From: Camelus dromedarius
Lineage: Eukaryota
NCBI RefSeq assembly: GCF_036321535.1
Contig: NC_087436.1
Location: 43,340,001-43,404,000 of the forward strand
Reading direction: 5' to 3'
Length of the DNA stretch: 64,000 nt
Shown: piece by piece, positions 12,373 through 26,690 of the stretch
Numbering within the stretch: the first letter of the stretch is position 1
Layout: every line of letters starts with the position of its first letter
The notes under the pieces: generated by a model
Database searches by the model: none
What the model saw: only the letters and a program-made list of their open reading frames with translations
Told to the model about the DNA's origin: nothing
Made by a program: the position numbers and the translations under genes

Positions 12373-15300
12373 CTCTCAGCCCTTCCCATTTCCAAGGTTC
12401 ATTTAGAGAAGAGAATCAACGCTGCCGTTTTGAGGAGAAGACGAGCACTGTTGGAGTTAACTTGTCACTGCCAGAGAAACACAGGGGTGAGCACGCCTGG
12501 GAAGGGCTGGGAGTAGTCTGGTCCTCAGCGTGTCATTTACAGACCTTCGTGAGGCTGCATTAGGGAGCTGCATTAAGCAGGGAATGGAAAGGAGCTGTTA
12601 GTGAGCACACTGCATAATCTGGGCTCAGCCAGGTTATCCTGGGAGATTTTTGAGGGGGTGCTCAAAAGAGGGAGGGAAGGGCAGAGGCAGAAACAGGGAT
12701 AGAAGGAAGCAGGCAACAACTAAAGCCACTCTCCATCATTCTAAGAGGCACACAGGTACTCATTATTCATTACCAAATGCTTTTGTGAAATACCAAATTA
12801 ACATTAGGTAACACAAGATTAGTATTTCTGGATGTTCCTGTATGTATACCCAATAAAAAGATACAATGAAAGAAGGGAAAGGATACAACCTGTTAATCCA
12901 AGAAGACGAAATTCTCTATAGTATTCCAATCACATATAGTACCAATTTTTCTGAGTCTTACCACAGTTTTATCAAGAGCCAAAAGGCTGTCACTCATTTC
13001 TCAATTACTCATCCCTGGACTCTGGAGATGTTATACATAGTGGATTATAGACCTCCCCTCACCCCTATATATAATCACACAGTTGTCTCATTTCAGAATG
13101 AAGAAAAGTTTTCACTAGTATTATAATCATTTTAACATTTAAACAATATAATCTGATTCTACATATATCCTATTATTAAGAAAAAAGTAAAATAATGTTA
13201 AATGTGTCCTTTTAGAAAATGGTACATTTTTGTATCCTAACCCTGTGACACATCTGCCTAGATGAATGGAGAATGCAGAGTTTCACTACCAGTACTACAT
13301 GAAGATAGTATCTCTTCCAGGTGGGAAAATACTAATTCTCTATATTGTGGGTGGCCACTACCTGTTTTAGCTCATTACAACAACATAATTTATAATGTTT
13401 CTTTTTTACCTAAACTAAGTTGAAAGCAGCTGGATTAAAAAAATATCCCACAGGCAAACAAAATGCACTCCATGGTAGTACAGAGAAGCCAGCACTTGAT
13501 CGGATTTAAAAGTCAAAGGAGGGAATAATTGCAATGATGTGGTCCAGCCTTGAACTGGCACCATGATAGTTCATGGGTCAGTTAACTTCTAGCCAGCACG
13601 ATCAGTTTCTTATATATGGGGAGCCAAACCCTCTCTGATTTGAACAGCAGAGAATTCATCTTCTAAAAAAAGAAAAATCAGCTTCTCATTAACTCCCTCC
13701 TCAGGAAAATTTTGTACATATTTACAAAGAAACACACAGAGACATTTAGGCTTCCCGGGAGGATAATATGTGGATCTGGGGAGGATTCCTGTATCTCCTT
13801 AACCAAGTGAGTCATCGCCTGCCACTTGATAGGAAAGAATTCAAACACCTCCTCTGAGGTGCTTTGAGAGAATCAGCTGTGATGGTGTCAAAGCATTCAT
13901 TAGGGATAAAAGTGGTTCAGTGAAAGCAGAAAGACTGGAGCACAGGATGATCTTAATGCCATCTGGCAGTCTCTTTTCTTCTAAATATTTTTTTTTAAAT
14001 GTTTACAACCAACAAGTCTCACTTGATTCATGGACATCCTTTTAACTTAATAACACGAGTCTCAACAAACTGTAACTGAGCTTCCTACCGTGGATTTCCT
14101 TTAGTGAGGGTGGCTCTTCTGGGGCGAAGCCCTTCCCATGGCCCCTTTAGAACCTGCTTATACTATATGACAATGTCTTCTCCCCTCTGCAGATTTCCCC
14201 AAAGGAAAGTGAAAAACCACTAGCATAGCTAGAGAAGAAAGTGGGGGAGTTCCTGCTGTCAAAAAACATTAGTTTATTTCATTAGCCTTGCATGAGTTCA
14301 ATCGCCCTACTTGTAAAATTGGATAGTATCAATTTAATTATGTGATTTCTCCAAGGCCAGGAGAATTAAATGTATTTAAAACTCTAAGCTAATAACTTTT
14401 TTAAAAGTTCTCAGGTATGGTTAACAAAGTCATAGTCTCCAAGATTCCCTCCATTTTTCTACAAAAAGTACGAGAGCTCTTTTCTTCGCTTTATCTCATG
14501 AAGAAAAGGTAATGAATCAGATGTTAGGTTGTTAGATGTTAGTTTGACATTAATATTTCACGAAGCACCATGATTGCCAGATCTTTAAAAACAATAATTA
14601 TACAACTTCACCTACATTCTCTCATAACATCTTCAGATGCAATCCAGGGAAGAAAGTCACCGTGTTTTTACAGTTGAGGACCCTAGAGGCAAACGACTTG
14701 CTCCAGTAGCCCTCCCTGAACAAGCAGTCGGGTCAAGGTTCATTTCTCTTAAATCAGCCCACCTGGGGAGAAGGGGTCCACTCAAAAAAGCCCCACTGTG
14801 GGCTCTCCTACTCAAATCACAAAACAGGAAATCTCAGACTAGTAATGAGTATTTTTAACTGATCACAAGTTCTTTTTTAGCATGTGATTTTTTTAATTTA
14901 TCTTTTCCCCAATCATAGAAAATTTTGCTCCCACATGAGATGAATGGAGGCACATAATCCTTTTTGGAGTGCCAGGCAGTTCAGACATTCCTACACAGTG
15001 ATAACTTGTCTCTACAACTAACTTACGTAATAATAAACTGTTAAGAAATAATTTTCTAAAGCCATTCCTTCCTGTATATTTGTGTTGCTCAAACTCTCCT
15101 ATGATTTCTATCTGAACGGAAAAATAAATCAGTATCAGTTTTCTGAAGAAAGAGAGCAGCGCACACTCACCAGCTGACCTCTGCACAGACAGGGCACCAG
15201 GTTCCAGTCCCAGGAGCTCCCAGCCATTTAAATGATGCATGTACCACATTAAAGGAGTCGTCCCATCAAGCCTCCAGCAGAGATAGAATACTGGCTGAAT

Positions 15301-18300
15301 TTTGAACTTGTAATAAAAGCTGCTTCCTTTCACAAAGCATCTTGGCCATCAATGGAATAAGCTTGTCTCTGCCTTCAAAGTAAGGAACGCACTGTCGTTT
15401 ACATTTAAACTCGAAAGCCAGCTTAGATAGATTGCCCTTCAAGCGGACATACTTCTTTTTAAAGACAGGAGAGAAAATGGCCATTTGCTGTCCTCAGTGT
15501 CCAACATTCCATTGATCAGAATCCAAAGAAAATCCTCTGCAGACGTCAGGCATCAGTCAGGACATCGTTCAATAACAACTGAGCTAGCCATATGCAATTT
15601 AATCCTCCTTCTCTCTCCCCATCCTCACCCAAAAGAAGCAGCTATGCAATTAAATAGCATATATTGTCACTCCTCCACAAATGGAATGTGGGTGGTAAGT
15701 GGGAAAAGAAGCAGATGCACTACAAAAGACAGTTAAAACATCACCTAATTAGGGGAAAAAAAAGTTTCTGCTCACTTGACCTATTAACCAAGAATTCATT
15801 CTACTCAAGTTCAAGGGTGTTTATCCACATTTAAGAAGTCCTGTGTGTTCTGAGACTCATGAATTGTCAGGGGTAAGATAAAGCAAACTGAACGAGTAAC
15901 TACATTGATATATCACCCCCAACTTGTTTTACCTAAAGTCAAATCCAAAAACCAATCTGACAACACAAAATTAACAAAGCAGAGCTTGCTGGTAATACAA
16001 TAAATCCTATTTTCTGTTGATGACAGTTTCTGTAAGGAGATGACTTGGTTAAAATTAGACTACTCAAATGATATCTTCCTTCTACTTCTGCCTGAGGAAT
16101 GGAAACAAGGACACCCTGGTTCCAAATCCAAACAGGTGGTTTCCATAGTTCAGGGTGGAGAAGCAGAAGTCTCAAGACCCCCACCTTCCAGTCTCTGAAG
16201 CAAGCTCAGAGCACTTCTGAGGCTTCCTAAAAAATTTCCAGCTAGGAACAATGGTAAGCGGACAAGTGAAAAGCTTCCCTCTGGAGATGCCTTTACACAA
16301 AGGAAATCAAGCCACACAAAGTTGTAGGTCATAAGTAGTTCGCATTTTGTCACCATAGCCCTCAGCTCTCTCATGCCTGTGAGGTTGGTCAGGAGATTAC
16401 TGGCAGCAGCCACAAGTGCACTGGGCAGAGGTAAGGGAAAGGCACAGGCAGAGAAAGGAAAATCAAGAAGGGCTAAGTTCAAAAGAAAAAGAGAGACAGA
16501 GCCTATCCTTCCCTGTGTCCTCCCAACCCCCCAACTCCAATCATTCATCCCCAAAGTGTGAGTGTAGACAAAGACGGCCGACCATGCATTCGCCTGGCCT
16601 GTGTGAGCTGGAGTGGGCCTGCATACCGGGCCGGATTGTCGCGAAAAGACTTCTGACGGAAAATCCCTTCTCTGAGGCTTCCTACTCACATTCATTTTCT
16701 CGGTGCCGACTTTGACAGGAAATAAAGAGAGGTCATTCAGGACTGAGAAAAGCCCCCATGATGCTAAAATCTTTCTTCCTTTTCATTTACCCTATGGTAT
16801 TTTTAGATTGAAAGCCTAGGAATTAATCTTCAAATTTTATTTTTAGTTATTCTTGGTTGAAAATGAAAACCATCTCCCTGTCCCCGTCTTGTTACTGCAC
16901 AGCTCTGTCTCTGGTGCCATTTTTGTATGAACTCAGTGAACTGGAGGAGCACTGGGGACCCAGTGGTGACAATGACAGCCTCTGCCCAGGTGGGGATGAA
17001 AATCCAGCTGTTATGAGTGAATTATTTTCAGACTTCCTGTAAAATCTGCAGAGACTAAAACTACTGATATTCAGATCTTGCCTAGAAAGCTGATTCACAA
17101 TCTTCAAATGCCTGGTTTCAAGTTTGCAGCTATGTCTAAATATCTTCAAATATCCTCTCAGGACCACTCTCCTCTCATAAATTTTATTCTGAAAAACATT
17201 CTGATCTTGGATAAGAAAGCCCCATAGTCTATTAGGAATTGAAACATTAGGGTAAAGTTCTAACTCCTACTGAAAATTTACCATTACGTTTTAAAACACA
17301 TAAAACTTCCTTTTTGGGTTTGTAACAGCTTTTAGTAAAATCTCTAGGTGTGTTTCTTAGCTCTTTTACTTTGGTCAAATAAAGAACACTGAATTGTGAT
17401 TAAAATGTAAAAATGTAGTATCAAGCCTTTTACTCCTGAAGACTCCTGGAGATGTTTTTATGTGCCTTTTATCCATAAAGAAATTTATATTCTTATTTTA
17501 GGAATTTTATTTTTACTCAGGAATTACTATATGTTAATAGCTTTAGCATCTCAAAGGAAACAACTTCACTGGTGAGGGAGAGAGAAGTGTGATCAGTACT
17601 TGAAAGGTTTACATTTGCATAATGTCAGTTAGAAGTGCTATTGGGATAAACAGTTTGAAAGAACATGTTTTAATTAGATTGTTTACCAAAACAGATTATT
17701 TGTTCTTGATAGTAACAAAACTATTTTTAACTGTTATTCTTCATGTGACCCCAAATTCAAACCATGCATCTCTTAAATTTTCATGAAAGAATTCATATTT
17801 GCCTATAAATCAGTAAGGCTTAAAAGCCAGTAAATGTGGGTTTAAATGACTGGGCTATTAGTTTATACTTTCTATGGACCATGAATTATAGCCCTCTAAC
17901 TCAATATTCCTGGCCAGTAAATTAGTAGCAAAAATCTCTCACTGTTATCCAAAATTAACTATAGAAAGATGACAAAATGTAATCTTAGAATATACTCAAA
18001 TCTGCTGAAATCAAACATCAAATCAGTGATGGACATTTCAGATCTCAAGTTTTCCAACTCAATACCCTTATCATTAAAACACGGACATGAACACTTTCAG
18101 GCAATTCCAACAACCAATTCTATGTAAAGTTTCTGTGCAGTAGATACTGCAATAAATACAAAAGACACAACATTTGTTGTTTCAATAACACAAACATTCA
18201 AAAAACAATCCCCTTGTGGCTGCATGGTTGGCAGCAGGAAACTGAAGTGCTACAAAGTGTTCCTGTTGTATCCATGGGTAGTTAGTAATTTTTATAAAGA

Positions 18301-21107
18301 TCTGAATTATTACTGCTTCTGGATGCCCCTGCATATAATTAACTATCTCCTCCCTGCCCCACTTGAGTTTAATTAAGAAAAAAAAATGAACTGTTTTACA
18401 TAAGATATTCTTTTTATTGCAGCCTTTGTTTAATTGACCTATAAATAAAAATCTGTTGCTAGGCAGTCACTGTTTCTTGCTTTCAGCATGACTAGCACTT
18501 TTCATTTTATACCTACTCATGCAAAGTCATAGTCCACAAATATGGAAGCCAAAGTAGAAAACTAAATCAAACTTTCTTTGGAAACTACATTTCCAGAGGT
18601 AAGGCCCAGTCAGGCCTTTTCTGTGACATGGTGTTTCTGTCATTTTTAAATCAAATTAATCACTGAAAGACTAAGCACCAACATGGACAGTATGTGTTTC
18701 CAGCTAATAGGAGCCAAGACATTCAGACCAACCCTCCCACTGGTAAAATATAAATCACATCTTAAAAGCAATGAAGAGCTGACATGATAACCAGGAATTC
18801 CTAGGCAAAACTGAAGAAAAATGGAACTGCTGGGAGATAAACAAGCAGAAAAATTCCTTGTGTTTCCTGAGTGTATTTCCTCAATCATTTGAACTTTCAT
18901 TTTGTAAACTTCATGAGCCAGAAGGCAGAAATCAAAGGCCAATGTCTACACAAGGTGCAGAGTCTAATAGGCTTCTATTGTGAGGGCTCCCCACAATTAT
19001 CTGAGACCTCAGAAAGCTACACTCTTAAGCCAGAGGTGGAATAATAAATAACCAGCCCTCGAGCAAAGGTTTTATTGCCTGATGTTTCAACAAAACTCAA
19101 GACTTGAACTTGGTTTAGGGTGCTCTCCAAATCATTTGTGACCACAGAGCCTGGCAGACGTAAAAATATATCTTCTCTGAAGAAGTTATCTTCCTCCTTG
19201 GCCTCAAATTATCTACATAAATAATTTCCCAAGTACAGCATATAATCAAAGACAACCAAGCATAGGGCAGAAACCATAGAACAGAGGAACAGACCTATAA
19301 AGACTTGAAACAATGGAACTATGAACAAGGCACTGACACAAAAGGAATGAATTTAAAAAACAAAACAAAGCTGTTTTGGTTCCCCAAAGTAGCATCACTT
19401 AGTTGGGAAGTTATGCAATCCGAACTCTTCAAGCTCAGTCTTACCTCATTTTTTTCTTTACCTTTCCACCAAACCACACTACTGTGCATAAGAATAAATG
19501 ATAATGAATGTTAGATAAATGGGCAATAAATGCATCAAGTGAATTGTAGAAACAATAGGTACTATAGGGCTTTTGAACACTATACTTCTAAAGAAAAAGT
19601 TTTGATAACAAAGTAATGAATCTTAATAAACAATTACAATCCTTAAACATTTAAGAATTCAAAACTGTCACCAAAATCTAATGGATACATAAGATGTCAC
19701 TGAAAACATACAACAGAATATTTTTCACAAGTTAGAAGTTTTATAGGAAAAATGAACTTGATAGTTTAGGTAGAAACTTTAGGCAATGTTCAACCCAGCT
19801 AACTTTGTAAAATAAGAGTATCTGTAGATTTTTTTTACTGTTTCAAGTCCTGTGATACACTTAGCTTTCAGTTTGTTCAGAGAAACGGAATAAATGAGTT
19901 TTCTTCCTCCCCTCACTTCTTGAAAGACATAGAGTAGAAGTTCTCTTAACAAACCTTTACTTAATAAAATGTCTCCAGTGCCTCTGTGAATACTGACTGA
20001 TGCCCAGTGTATATGAAAAGCTTGGAGCTTACCAGCTGTTCTATACAATGTGCAATTCTCCCACCAGCTAAGCTGTGTGCCTACCAAGGGCCAAGAATGT
20101 TTCTTACTAAACTTTTTATCCCACATGTACTTGCTATTGCAATTATATAATTTAAATAAACATTATCTAACAAAATACGGGTGCCAAGAAAGTTGTTGTT
20201 ATACGAAAATTCATATAAATGCTTTGTAAGGACTTGATAAAGATGAATTCCTAACAAATATGTCTGTTGAATTACGGGCATGGCTGAAACAAACATAAAA
20301 TACTGGGAAGAAGGCTTCAGAAATATCTAGAAATTCTACAATCAACTTGTTCTGCAAGTGTCTTTAAGTTTTGACTTCAATTAAAAGATGCCAAACTGGA
20401 AAACACAGGTGAGACAAAATATAGATGAATGCAATTGTTTATTCAAAAAAGGTTGGGAAATTTGTAAACAAAACATTCTTAAACAAAAAATTTTGATCCT
20501 ACATCAAACTATCGGTAAAAGAATTCCAATGTATATGTTTCAAGTTAAAATAAAACATTTAGGGTATGTGTGTATTATTGTTTTTGATTCTCCACTTTAA
20601 CCAATTTTTTTAAATTAAAGGATAAAAATAGTTTTGATAATGTTATAAAACAGAGCTTCTTTTGTGTGATGAAGGGTTTTGAGTTTGGGTTTTGAATTCC
20701 AACTTAGGCTCTATAATTTTGGGTATATTACCTAGTCTACAAAGGCTTCAATATCCTTTGATATAAATGGAGATAATGTCTACGAAATAGAACCAAGAGA
20801 AGTATCACATATAAAACATCTAATAGGTGCTCAATAAGTAGTAACTACTATGATTATTGTTTTGAGAAAAATAAACATGAAGATAAAAGCATGAAAAGGA
20901 AGAAACGTAGCCTTATAAGGCAGAAACACAGGAAATAGATAGGAAATAAGATAGGATGACCCCTCAAAGTAGTGTGGGTAGAAAGAAAATGCTGATCATT
21001 TTGGATAATCAGCATCATGAAGAAGTTCACTCTTAAGACTATTAGGTAACAATGAAAGTCAACACATACCTGGTAACAAGGAATGAGTCTTAAAATCAAT
21101 GAACATG

Positions 21108-21444
21108 TGCTATGGTCTGAATATTTGTGCTCCCCCTCAAAATTCATGTGTTGAAATCCTAATGCCAAATGTAATGGTATTAGTAGGTGGGGCCTTTGGG
21201 AGATAATTAGGTCACAAATGAGATTAATGCCCTTATAAAAGATACCCCAGAGAGCTCCCTGCCTCCTCTCTACCATGTGAAGATACAAGGAGAATCCTGC
21301 CACCTGGAAGAGGGACCTCTTCTCATCCTGCTGTGTTGACACCCTTATCTCAGACTTCCGGACTCCAAAACTGTAAGAAATAAATTTCAGTTGTTCACAA
21401 GCTATAGTATTTTGTTATAGCAGCTAGAACAGACTAGGATGACA
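21108..21444 (+). mobile_element. MaLR solo LTR (MLT1A-like)
   Basis: Starts tgctatggtctgaat..., contains aataaa, ends ...gttatagcagc...gac.a; acatg-like short direct repeat on both flanks. Confidence 0.88.
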
Positions 21445-21659
21445 CATGTGCCTCAGAAAATATTTGTTAGCCCCTATGAAAGTATAGCTCTTTAGAGTCA
21501 TTTTACTTAAATAAATTCAGCACCAAAGATTTAGACCAGTCCTCAATCAGAATAAAGGGACACCCTACAAAAGCTTCATTTTAATTGGAAGAACAAAGCA
21601 AAGAACAATTACCATTTGGCTACCAAGTAGGCATAGTTCCAAATGGAAGGCTCTATAAT

Positions 21660-21758
21660 GGTCTCTTTTCAAATAGATTTATTACCAGGGTAAAGTAATA
21701 AATAGGCAGGAGATGGAATGCTTTTTCACTCTTAATTAATCCTAAAATTCAATTTTAG
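21660..21758 (-). other. Sequence resembling the human MIR1243 hairpin locus; mature arm diverged
   Basis: Minus strand ...gagtgaaaaagcattccatctcctgcctatttattactttaccctggtaataaatctatttgaaaagag closely matches the recalled hsa-mir-1243 precursor, which lies in an ANK2 intron. Confidence 0.6.
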
Positions 21759-22471
21759 TAAAGGGCAAGACTGACCCACTTACAAGAATAGTTTTGTAAG
21801 TACACAAACAGTCTGTCAGTGTGGCACACCTCTGAAATACTGTGAGAAAATTTGTCAAACTAAATGCCTTCTTCACTCATAAGATTGGAGATAAAATCAT
21901 CTTTCCAGAAACAAACAAAAAACAAGTAAGATGTACAACCACACAGCAGGAATTACAATCACAACTGAAGACAAAGCCCTGCAAGGGGAATTTCCATAAT
22001 TCAAACATCATTCTGCTTTTGTATTTTCCCTGCAGTGCAGTGTCAGCATTAGGATTTTTACAGAGGGAAAAATATTTACGATTCTACTCAAAGAGCTGAC
22101 TCTGAATTTGGAAGAGTATTTTTGGATAAATCAGAGCAGAGGGTTTCGATTCTCTTCCACACCTCACTGGGGTTTCTGCAGAGGCAGCTAGGTGGCCCTT
22201 CTGCAATTAAAGCAGCCCCAGGTGTATCTCCTTCTCAGACTAGAACACTCCAATTTGAGAAAAGGATCTGGTGCTTAAAAACATAAGCAAGCAAACAAAC
22301 AAAAGCCTGAAAACTGAAATAAACTACATAAATGTGTTACCATGTGTCAGTAGAAATGAATAGAGTTTGGTAGCCCTCTGCTGGAGGAGAGATATTAAAT
22401 CCACTTGCTCTAAAGGATTATTTGAGGAACTAAATTTTTTTATAAGGTTTATAGCACTACATTCATGCTGG

Positions 22472-22473
<2 letters not shown>

Positions 22474-22508
<35 letters not shown>

Positions 22509-22533
22509 AATATATATATATTGTTGTTGTTGT
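22474..22533. repeat. Compound microsatellite (AC)n-(TA)n-(TTG)n
   Basis: Read directly. Confidence 0.9.
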
Positions 22534-23135
22534 TTAATGGATATTTTTTCTATCTGCCAAGTCATATGATATAACATTAAACTGGAAGAATCTAATGCGG
22601 ATTATAAATTAAAATACCATTCAGGGCTTTAAAAAAAAAAAAAGAATAGAAATTGAAACAAATAAAGCAAGTGAAAATTTGAGCACAAGCAAGATATTTG
22701 TAGGTTCCTGGTTGCCAAATCCCAACCTAGGATTTCTCTTAACCTCGTTCTAAATTAGATCAGTATATTTGTAACTAATCAAAAATTAACTGTTGAAGCA
22801 GTCTCAAGCTGTACACTAATATGCATTGTCAGATCTAATCTTACACATATTTGACTAAGACAATATAATCAGGCTTTTTGCTTAGAGTCAGAAGATTTCT
22901 AAACATGATGGCGGAATCACTCTAGGATATTCAACTCAATATGGATGTGCAATTTCTGAAGCAAGTCAGGTCCCAGAACAATACTATTTTTAAAAAAACT
23001 GTTTCACAAATGAACTTTCATGCTTGTATCAAACCCCATTGGAAAATTTTTGTATTTTAGTCTCAATAGTAAGCCTCTAAATGAATGAGTCTTGAAATAG
23101 TCTCTATAGATCTTGGAGCATTTTTTGGTTAATTT

Positions 23136-23281
23136 TTAATGTTTTTTTGTTTGTTTGCTTTTGGTGGGGGGAGTAATTAGGTTTGTTTTATTTTATTTTT
23201 TTAAGTGGCCGTGCTGGGGATTGAACTCAGGACTTCATGCATGCTAAGCACACACTCTACCACTGAGCTAACCCTCCCCCC
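23136..23281 (-). mobile_element. tRNA-derived SINE (camelid Vic-1 type) with extended tail
   Basis: A and B boxes, tail ...aaacctaattactcccccaccaaa..., approximate TSD tggttaatttt on both sides. Confidence 0.9.
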
Positions 23282-25749
23282 AGTTTCTGGTTAATTTTAT
23301 TTCACATACCCAATCTTATCAAAAATTCTATCTTCCTGTTGTATCACCTAAAACTGTTTCTTACTTTCAACCCTCTCTTCACATGCCCAGCCTCTGTCAC
23401 AACTGCTTCCTAAGCTAATTGATAAGGTTTTGCCTGGTCCAGTCTCTTCAATTTTCTCATCCCCTCAGCAGAGGCCACTTGGTATTCACTTGCAAATTCT
23501 GCTAATCCTGTCCCACGGCAAGAAGGGTTTAAGGAATTCTTTTTCAATTCCTCAAAATGCAGGACCAACTCATACTTACATCTCAGTGTAGATAACTGCA
23601 TTTATGCTTTGATTGTCAAAATTTAATCCTAACTTATGCTGGTAAAATGCCTAGGACTTCAGAAGTGCTACCTACTGACAAGAGTTACCTGTCACCAATT
23701 GGTCATCAGTCTAGCGAACATCCACATCTACTCTCCTCCTGAATATCCATCTCCATGCTTTACATATCTGCTGGCACACTGCAGTCAAGCACATAAGACC
23801 CTCCCCATCTGTTTGGAGTACCACCTTTTTCCTGAGGCCATTTTCTACTCTCAGCCCAAGTATTGAGAACATTGAGTCTAGCTACTTCCTGTTTCTGCTG
23901 TTCACTGTCCTCAGCTAGACACAGCCAGATGAGGTCCCCAGATACTACAATTTTTACCAAAATTATGTTCTTCACCCTCACCCTTTATATTTTTATTTCA
24001 CTTATTTTAAATCATTTTAAATCACAACTCACTTCATTTGCTTTTTCTTATTATTCTGCCTCCTCTTTCAGTTTTTTTTCTCAATTACACATGTTTTTCA
24101 CAATTCTTTTCTCTTCTTTAACAACTGTCTAGATTTGTAAAGCTCTTTGTGATAATAACGTTTTCAAAACATTTTTTTTAAAGGCAAAAACCTGTTTTTC
24201 TTTTCCTTTTCATTTCCACCCCAGAATTCTCACCATGTCTTCATCAAAATCACGCAAAAAAACCCCAGCAACTACATTTGGAAAGACTGTCGCATTTTAC
24301 TGGGGAAATAGAAACATTAAATAGAGGTTATACTCTTAGCTTACTATGGAAAAAGCAACAGGCTAGGGGGATGATAACATAGACAAAGGAGGTTTGCCCT
24401 TCAACCTGTTTCCAATGCTATCAAATACTCAACAAACCCCAAATGTTGGAGATCCTGGATATTTTAAAAAGTACTTCTCAAGTCAGCATTTTGTCTGTCT
24501 TCTAAGGGAAAGAACGAAAGGCACGTGGGAGGAAAGGGACAAAAATGACAACTAATATATTTTAACTTGCGAAAATCCAAATATTAGTCTTTTATTACAA
24601 AACGGGCTTAAGCGCCTTCCTCTTATTTTACACTTAAATAAATATTCAGATGTGCAGAAATATTCCATGAAATATTTATGTAATATCCTAAAAAATGACA
24701 AATGGATATATCTAACTTGTATACTCCATCAACTTTATATAGCTGACTTTTAAAACACTGACAATAAAAGCTTGTACTTCTAAATGTTGATCAATCATTC
24801 AAGGCACAAATTATATTCAATAATGCATTTCCAGAGATCCCATGTGCTTCAAAAGTACTAAGCACTGTTTTAACTGGCTTTTGCTTAGTGCTAAGCAGGA
24901 TTCTAAATTCTTTGAGTCATTTTCAATAAATTCATGATGATGTATCCTGGAGCGACTTTTGACCACTTTCAAAAATTGCCATTAAAATGTCAGTAATATT
25001 CTTTTTTTTTTCTTTCAAAAAACATTTTCTACTTAGAAGAAATCTTTGGTCTTAGACAACACTATTTTAAACAGTTGATGTTTTTGTACCACAAAGGCTA
25101 TCAAACTCAGTCAATTCCTGGCTATTTAAGCTTTCATTTCTTAGCCTTTAATGCCATGTCCTTTCTTTTATGAATGTCATAAAAAAATTAAATAAGTGAA
25201 AAAAGATGAAAAGTTTCAAGTCACCTTGACTATACTTAGTCATAGTATTTGTGTTCCACATTAAGGCCAATTTCATCTTATGCAATGGATTACAGCAAAT
25301 TAAATTGCAAAGAAAGCTCTATTTGTGATTTAATCACATCAGGAGTAGACAAAACAAGGATGTATTCACTTGGGTTTGACAAAACAGATAAAATTTTATT
25401 ACTGATTTTTCTAAGTAGATGAAAGTAAGTAAGTTAAGTGAATATAACAAAGAGAAAAAGTAATTCTATGAAGGACAGTAGAGAATAATTATGTGTTGAA
25501 TATATGTTGTATTAACTTTTTCTTTTGTACTGTTTCATTCTCCCTGCCTCCCCTCTCCCTGTGTCATACTTTTCTTTTGGGCCAAAGAGAGGAGGAAAAT
25601 TAGACAGATAGGGGAAAATAACTTGGAACAGAAAATGGAGTCATTCCCCAGGGACACTACAAAGGCGAGAAGGATAAAGATGAGAAGGTCCTAGAAATTC
25701 TGTTCAGTCTAGTTACGTGCTTTCAAGATACCCGGAAATGCCTTACTAA

Positions 25750-26690
25750 GTTACAAGTGACTTCTATGATGCCAAATCTAATAGATGTTTGTCAGTCCTC
25801 ATATTATTTGAACTTCTAATAGGATTTCATACAGCTGAATACTCTCTCCTCTCTCTGTTCTGGCTCTAGAATTGTCTGTTCTCCCCCCACCATTTTAGCT
25901 ATGCTTAAGTCTTCTTTGGGTGTCCTCCTTCTCCATCATGTGAACTCAGACAGGCAGAACCTTCCTGGGGTCTTCTCTCTTCTCACGCTATCCTGCTCCT
26001 CAGCAGCATCTATTCTGACTAGTACTCAGCCAAAAACCTGGGAATTGTCCACATTCAATCTATCTCCGAGATTTGTAAATTTTTCTACCTAAATATATCT
26101 TTGTCTATCCATTCCTTTCATCCCCACAGCCACCAGCCATCGCTGCCTCTCACCAAGCCTATCATAATAGCTTCCCATTAGTTCCCCGACTTCTACTCCA
26201 CCCCTCCTCCATTCCTCTGAGTGAGAAATTATCATGTTATAAATTGGATCCTGCTGAACAAATGCATAAACAAGTCCAAGGAATTCCCACTGAGCTTACT
26301 GACAATTCCAAAGCCTTCATGATCTGGACCCTCTTTGCTCCTGTCGCCTGACTCTGCTCCAGAGATGCTGGCTTTCCTTCAGTCCCTCCATGCAACAAGC
26401 CTTTTTTCACTTCAGGACTTGCACATCTACTTCCCTCTGCCTAGAACATGGTCTTCATTCTTCTCCTCATAAAACTCTCTTACAACAATCTGTATTCTAC
26501 TTCTTAGCCTTTATCACAACTTATACTAATAAAGTTAATTAGGTTTTTGTTTGGTTAATGTCTTTTTTTCCCCCATTGGAATGTAAACTCCACAAGGGCA
26601 AGTTCCTGGTGCCACACACACTGACTGGCATGTAATATGGGCTCAGTTTTGTTCGATAGATGGATGAATGCGTGAATGATTGATTGATGA
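25750..26690 (+). mobile_element. L2 3' fragment
   Basis: gccaaatctaat...cagtcctcatattatttga... ending in a gatggatgaatgcgtgaatga tail. Confidence 0.7.

Noticed and set aside
12271..12516. Plus-strand poly-Cys ORF (MTRCCCCCCCCRRCCC...)
   Set aside because: It is the antisense reading of the CAG repeat, not a metallothionein or keratin-associated gene.
15453..15484. MAIFSPVFKK... with donor AA|gtatgt as another ANK2 first exon
   Set aside because: The donor is phase 2 relative to the ATG, and the phase-0 frame contains a TAA, so it is incompatible with a phase-0 junction.
16150..16695. 181-aa minus-strand ORF
   Set aside because: No recognisable domain, low-complexity composition, and overlapping opposite-strand ORFs; consistent with a chance ORF in GC-richer DNA.
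20854..21342. 162-aa ORF
   Set aside because: Largely the antisense reading of the MLT1A-like LTR, with a non-ATG start.
21516..21537. REST/RE1 site (ttcagcacc...)
   Set aside because: Only the left half-site is present; the GGACAG half is missing.
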